DNA of 64,000 bases. It comes from Oligoflexales bacterium (GTDB taxonomy: Bacteria > Bdellovibrionota_B > Oligoflexia > Oligoflexales > RGVZ01). Under the pieces are notes generated by a model. That model made no database searches. It was not told where the DNA came from and saw only the letters and a list, made by a program, of their open reading frames with translations. Location: positions 142,324 to 206,323 of the forward strand of contig CANJZQ010000001.1 in assembly GCA_947479535.1 (NCBI GenBank), read 5' to 3'. This document shows, piece by piece, positions 63,370 through 64,000 of this stretch (the first letter of the stretch is position 1; each line of letters opens with the position of its first letter). A program made the position numbers and the translations under genes.

Positions 63370-64000
63370 TTGGATTCCCCATTGCCCCGTTTGAGGTTTG
63401 AGATCGCATATATTGGGGCTGGGTTCAGCGGCTGGCAGTCCCAACCAGATGGCACTGCGGTCCAGGACCACTTTCGTAAGGCATTGGAAACTGCCCTCAG
63501 GGTTAGTGACCCTTGGCTCGTGGCTGCTTCCCGCACTGATGCCGGGGTTCATGCGGAAATGCAGGTCGTGGCTGTGGAAGTTTCGGATCCAATCCCTGAT
63601 CTGTTGAAATTGCAGCGTAGCCTGAACGCACTTCTTCCGAAAAACATCGGCATCCGCTCCATTGCCGTTGCAGCCCCGGATTTTCATCCAGTCTACCAGT
63701 CCGTTGCAAAGGTATATCGTTACCGCCTGTGGACTGCGGATTGGTCCAACCCTTTTCTTGCTGATTATGTCTGGAAAATACGAAGGCTTCAGGACCCAGC
63801 TGTTTTTTTACAAAATCTCGCTGCTGTGTGTGGGACCCATGATTTTTCCAGTTTTTGCGCTGCTGATTCTTCCGCAAAAACGAGAGAAAGGACGATCATG
63901 GACGTCCATATGGAAGTGTCGGACGACTTGATCGACGTTTGGATTCAAGGGTCTGGTTTTTTAAAACAAATGATTCGCAATATCGTTGGAACACTTGTTG
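63370..64000 (+). CDS. truA: tRNA pseudouridine(38-40) synthase TruA (3'-truncated by window edge)
   Basis: Not in the ORF track because there is no stop in the window. My translation reads LRFEIAYIGAGFSGWQSQPDG..AASRTDAGVHAEMQVV (catalytic Asp)..THDFSSFC..GSGFLKQMIRNIVGTL. The start is TTG 63370, 63382 or 63391. Confidence 0.85.
   Translation, partial: MDSPLPRLRFEIAYIGAGFSGWQSQPDGTAVQDHFRKALETALRVSDPWLVAASRTDAGVHAEMQVVAVEVSDPIPDLLKLQRSLNALLPKNIGIRSIAVAAPDFHPVYQSVAKVYRYRLWTADWSNPFLADYVWKIRRLQDPAVFLQNLAAVCGTHDFSSFCAADSSAKTRERTIMDVHMEVSDDLIDVWIQGSGFLKQMIRNIVGTLV

Noticed and set aside
1-64000. Looked for mobile elements, prophage, CRISPR arrays, toxin-antitoxin or known defence-system genes, and rRNA/tRNA genes.
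   Set aside because: I recognised no integrase, transposase or recombinase motifs, no direct-repeat/spacer arrays, no flanking inverted or direct repeats around the island, and no structural RNA signatures.

Overview
This 64 kb chromosomal window comes from a flagellated Gram-negative bacterium. Gene content and protein style look Bdellovibrio/Oligoflexia-like, but that is inference only. I call about 60 tightly packed protein genes. Many have 1-17 nt start/stop overlaps (ATGA/TTGA/GTGA) and TTG/GTG starts, so several track ORFs are over-extended at the N-terminus and I re-called their starts. I found no rRNA, tRNA, CRISPR, transposase or integrase. Housekeeping blocks are ftsY; pepP and orn; rpsO-pnp-dut; carD; rimO; rho-rpmE-prfA-prmC; rsmI; and uppS-cdsA-rseP-tsaB-pssA-asd-(envelope ORF)-truA. 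truA runs off the 3' edge and is missing from the ORF track. The motility block is fliC (29095) plus flgF-G-A-H-I-J-M-N-K-L-csrA-fliW (37682-47574), with a well-spaced sigma54 promoter at 37607. The most interesting region is a 7.4 kb non-motility insert between fliC and flgF. It holds a minus-strand operon (GNAT-like protein, LuxE-type acyl-protein synthetase, and a LuxC-type reductase fused to a PaaK-like adenylating domain) and a divergent MFS transporter and PQQ dehydrogenase. It has no luciferase, thioesterase or ACP, so its product is unknown. Other points:
- tandem paralogous secreted DUF1566-like proteins;
- a roughly 290 bp structured non-coding region between orn and pepP with a mini-ORF;
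- a possible ATT start;
- FlgH, FlgA, CsrA, FliW, HU and Rho with atypical extensions;
- a 3 x 10 bp GATC repeat before rpmE.
All functional calls rest on motifs read by eye; no searches were run.
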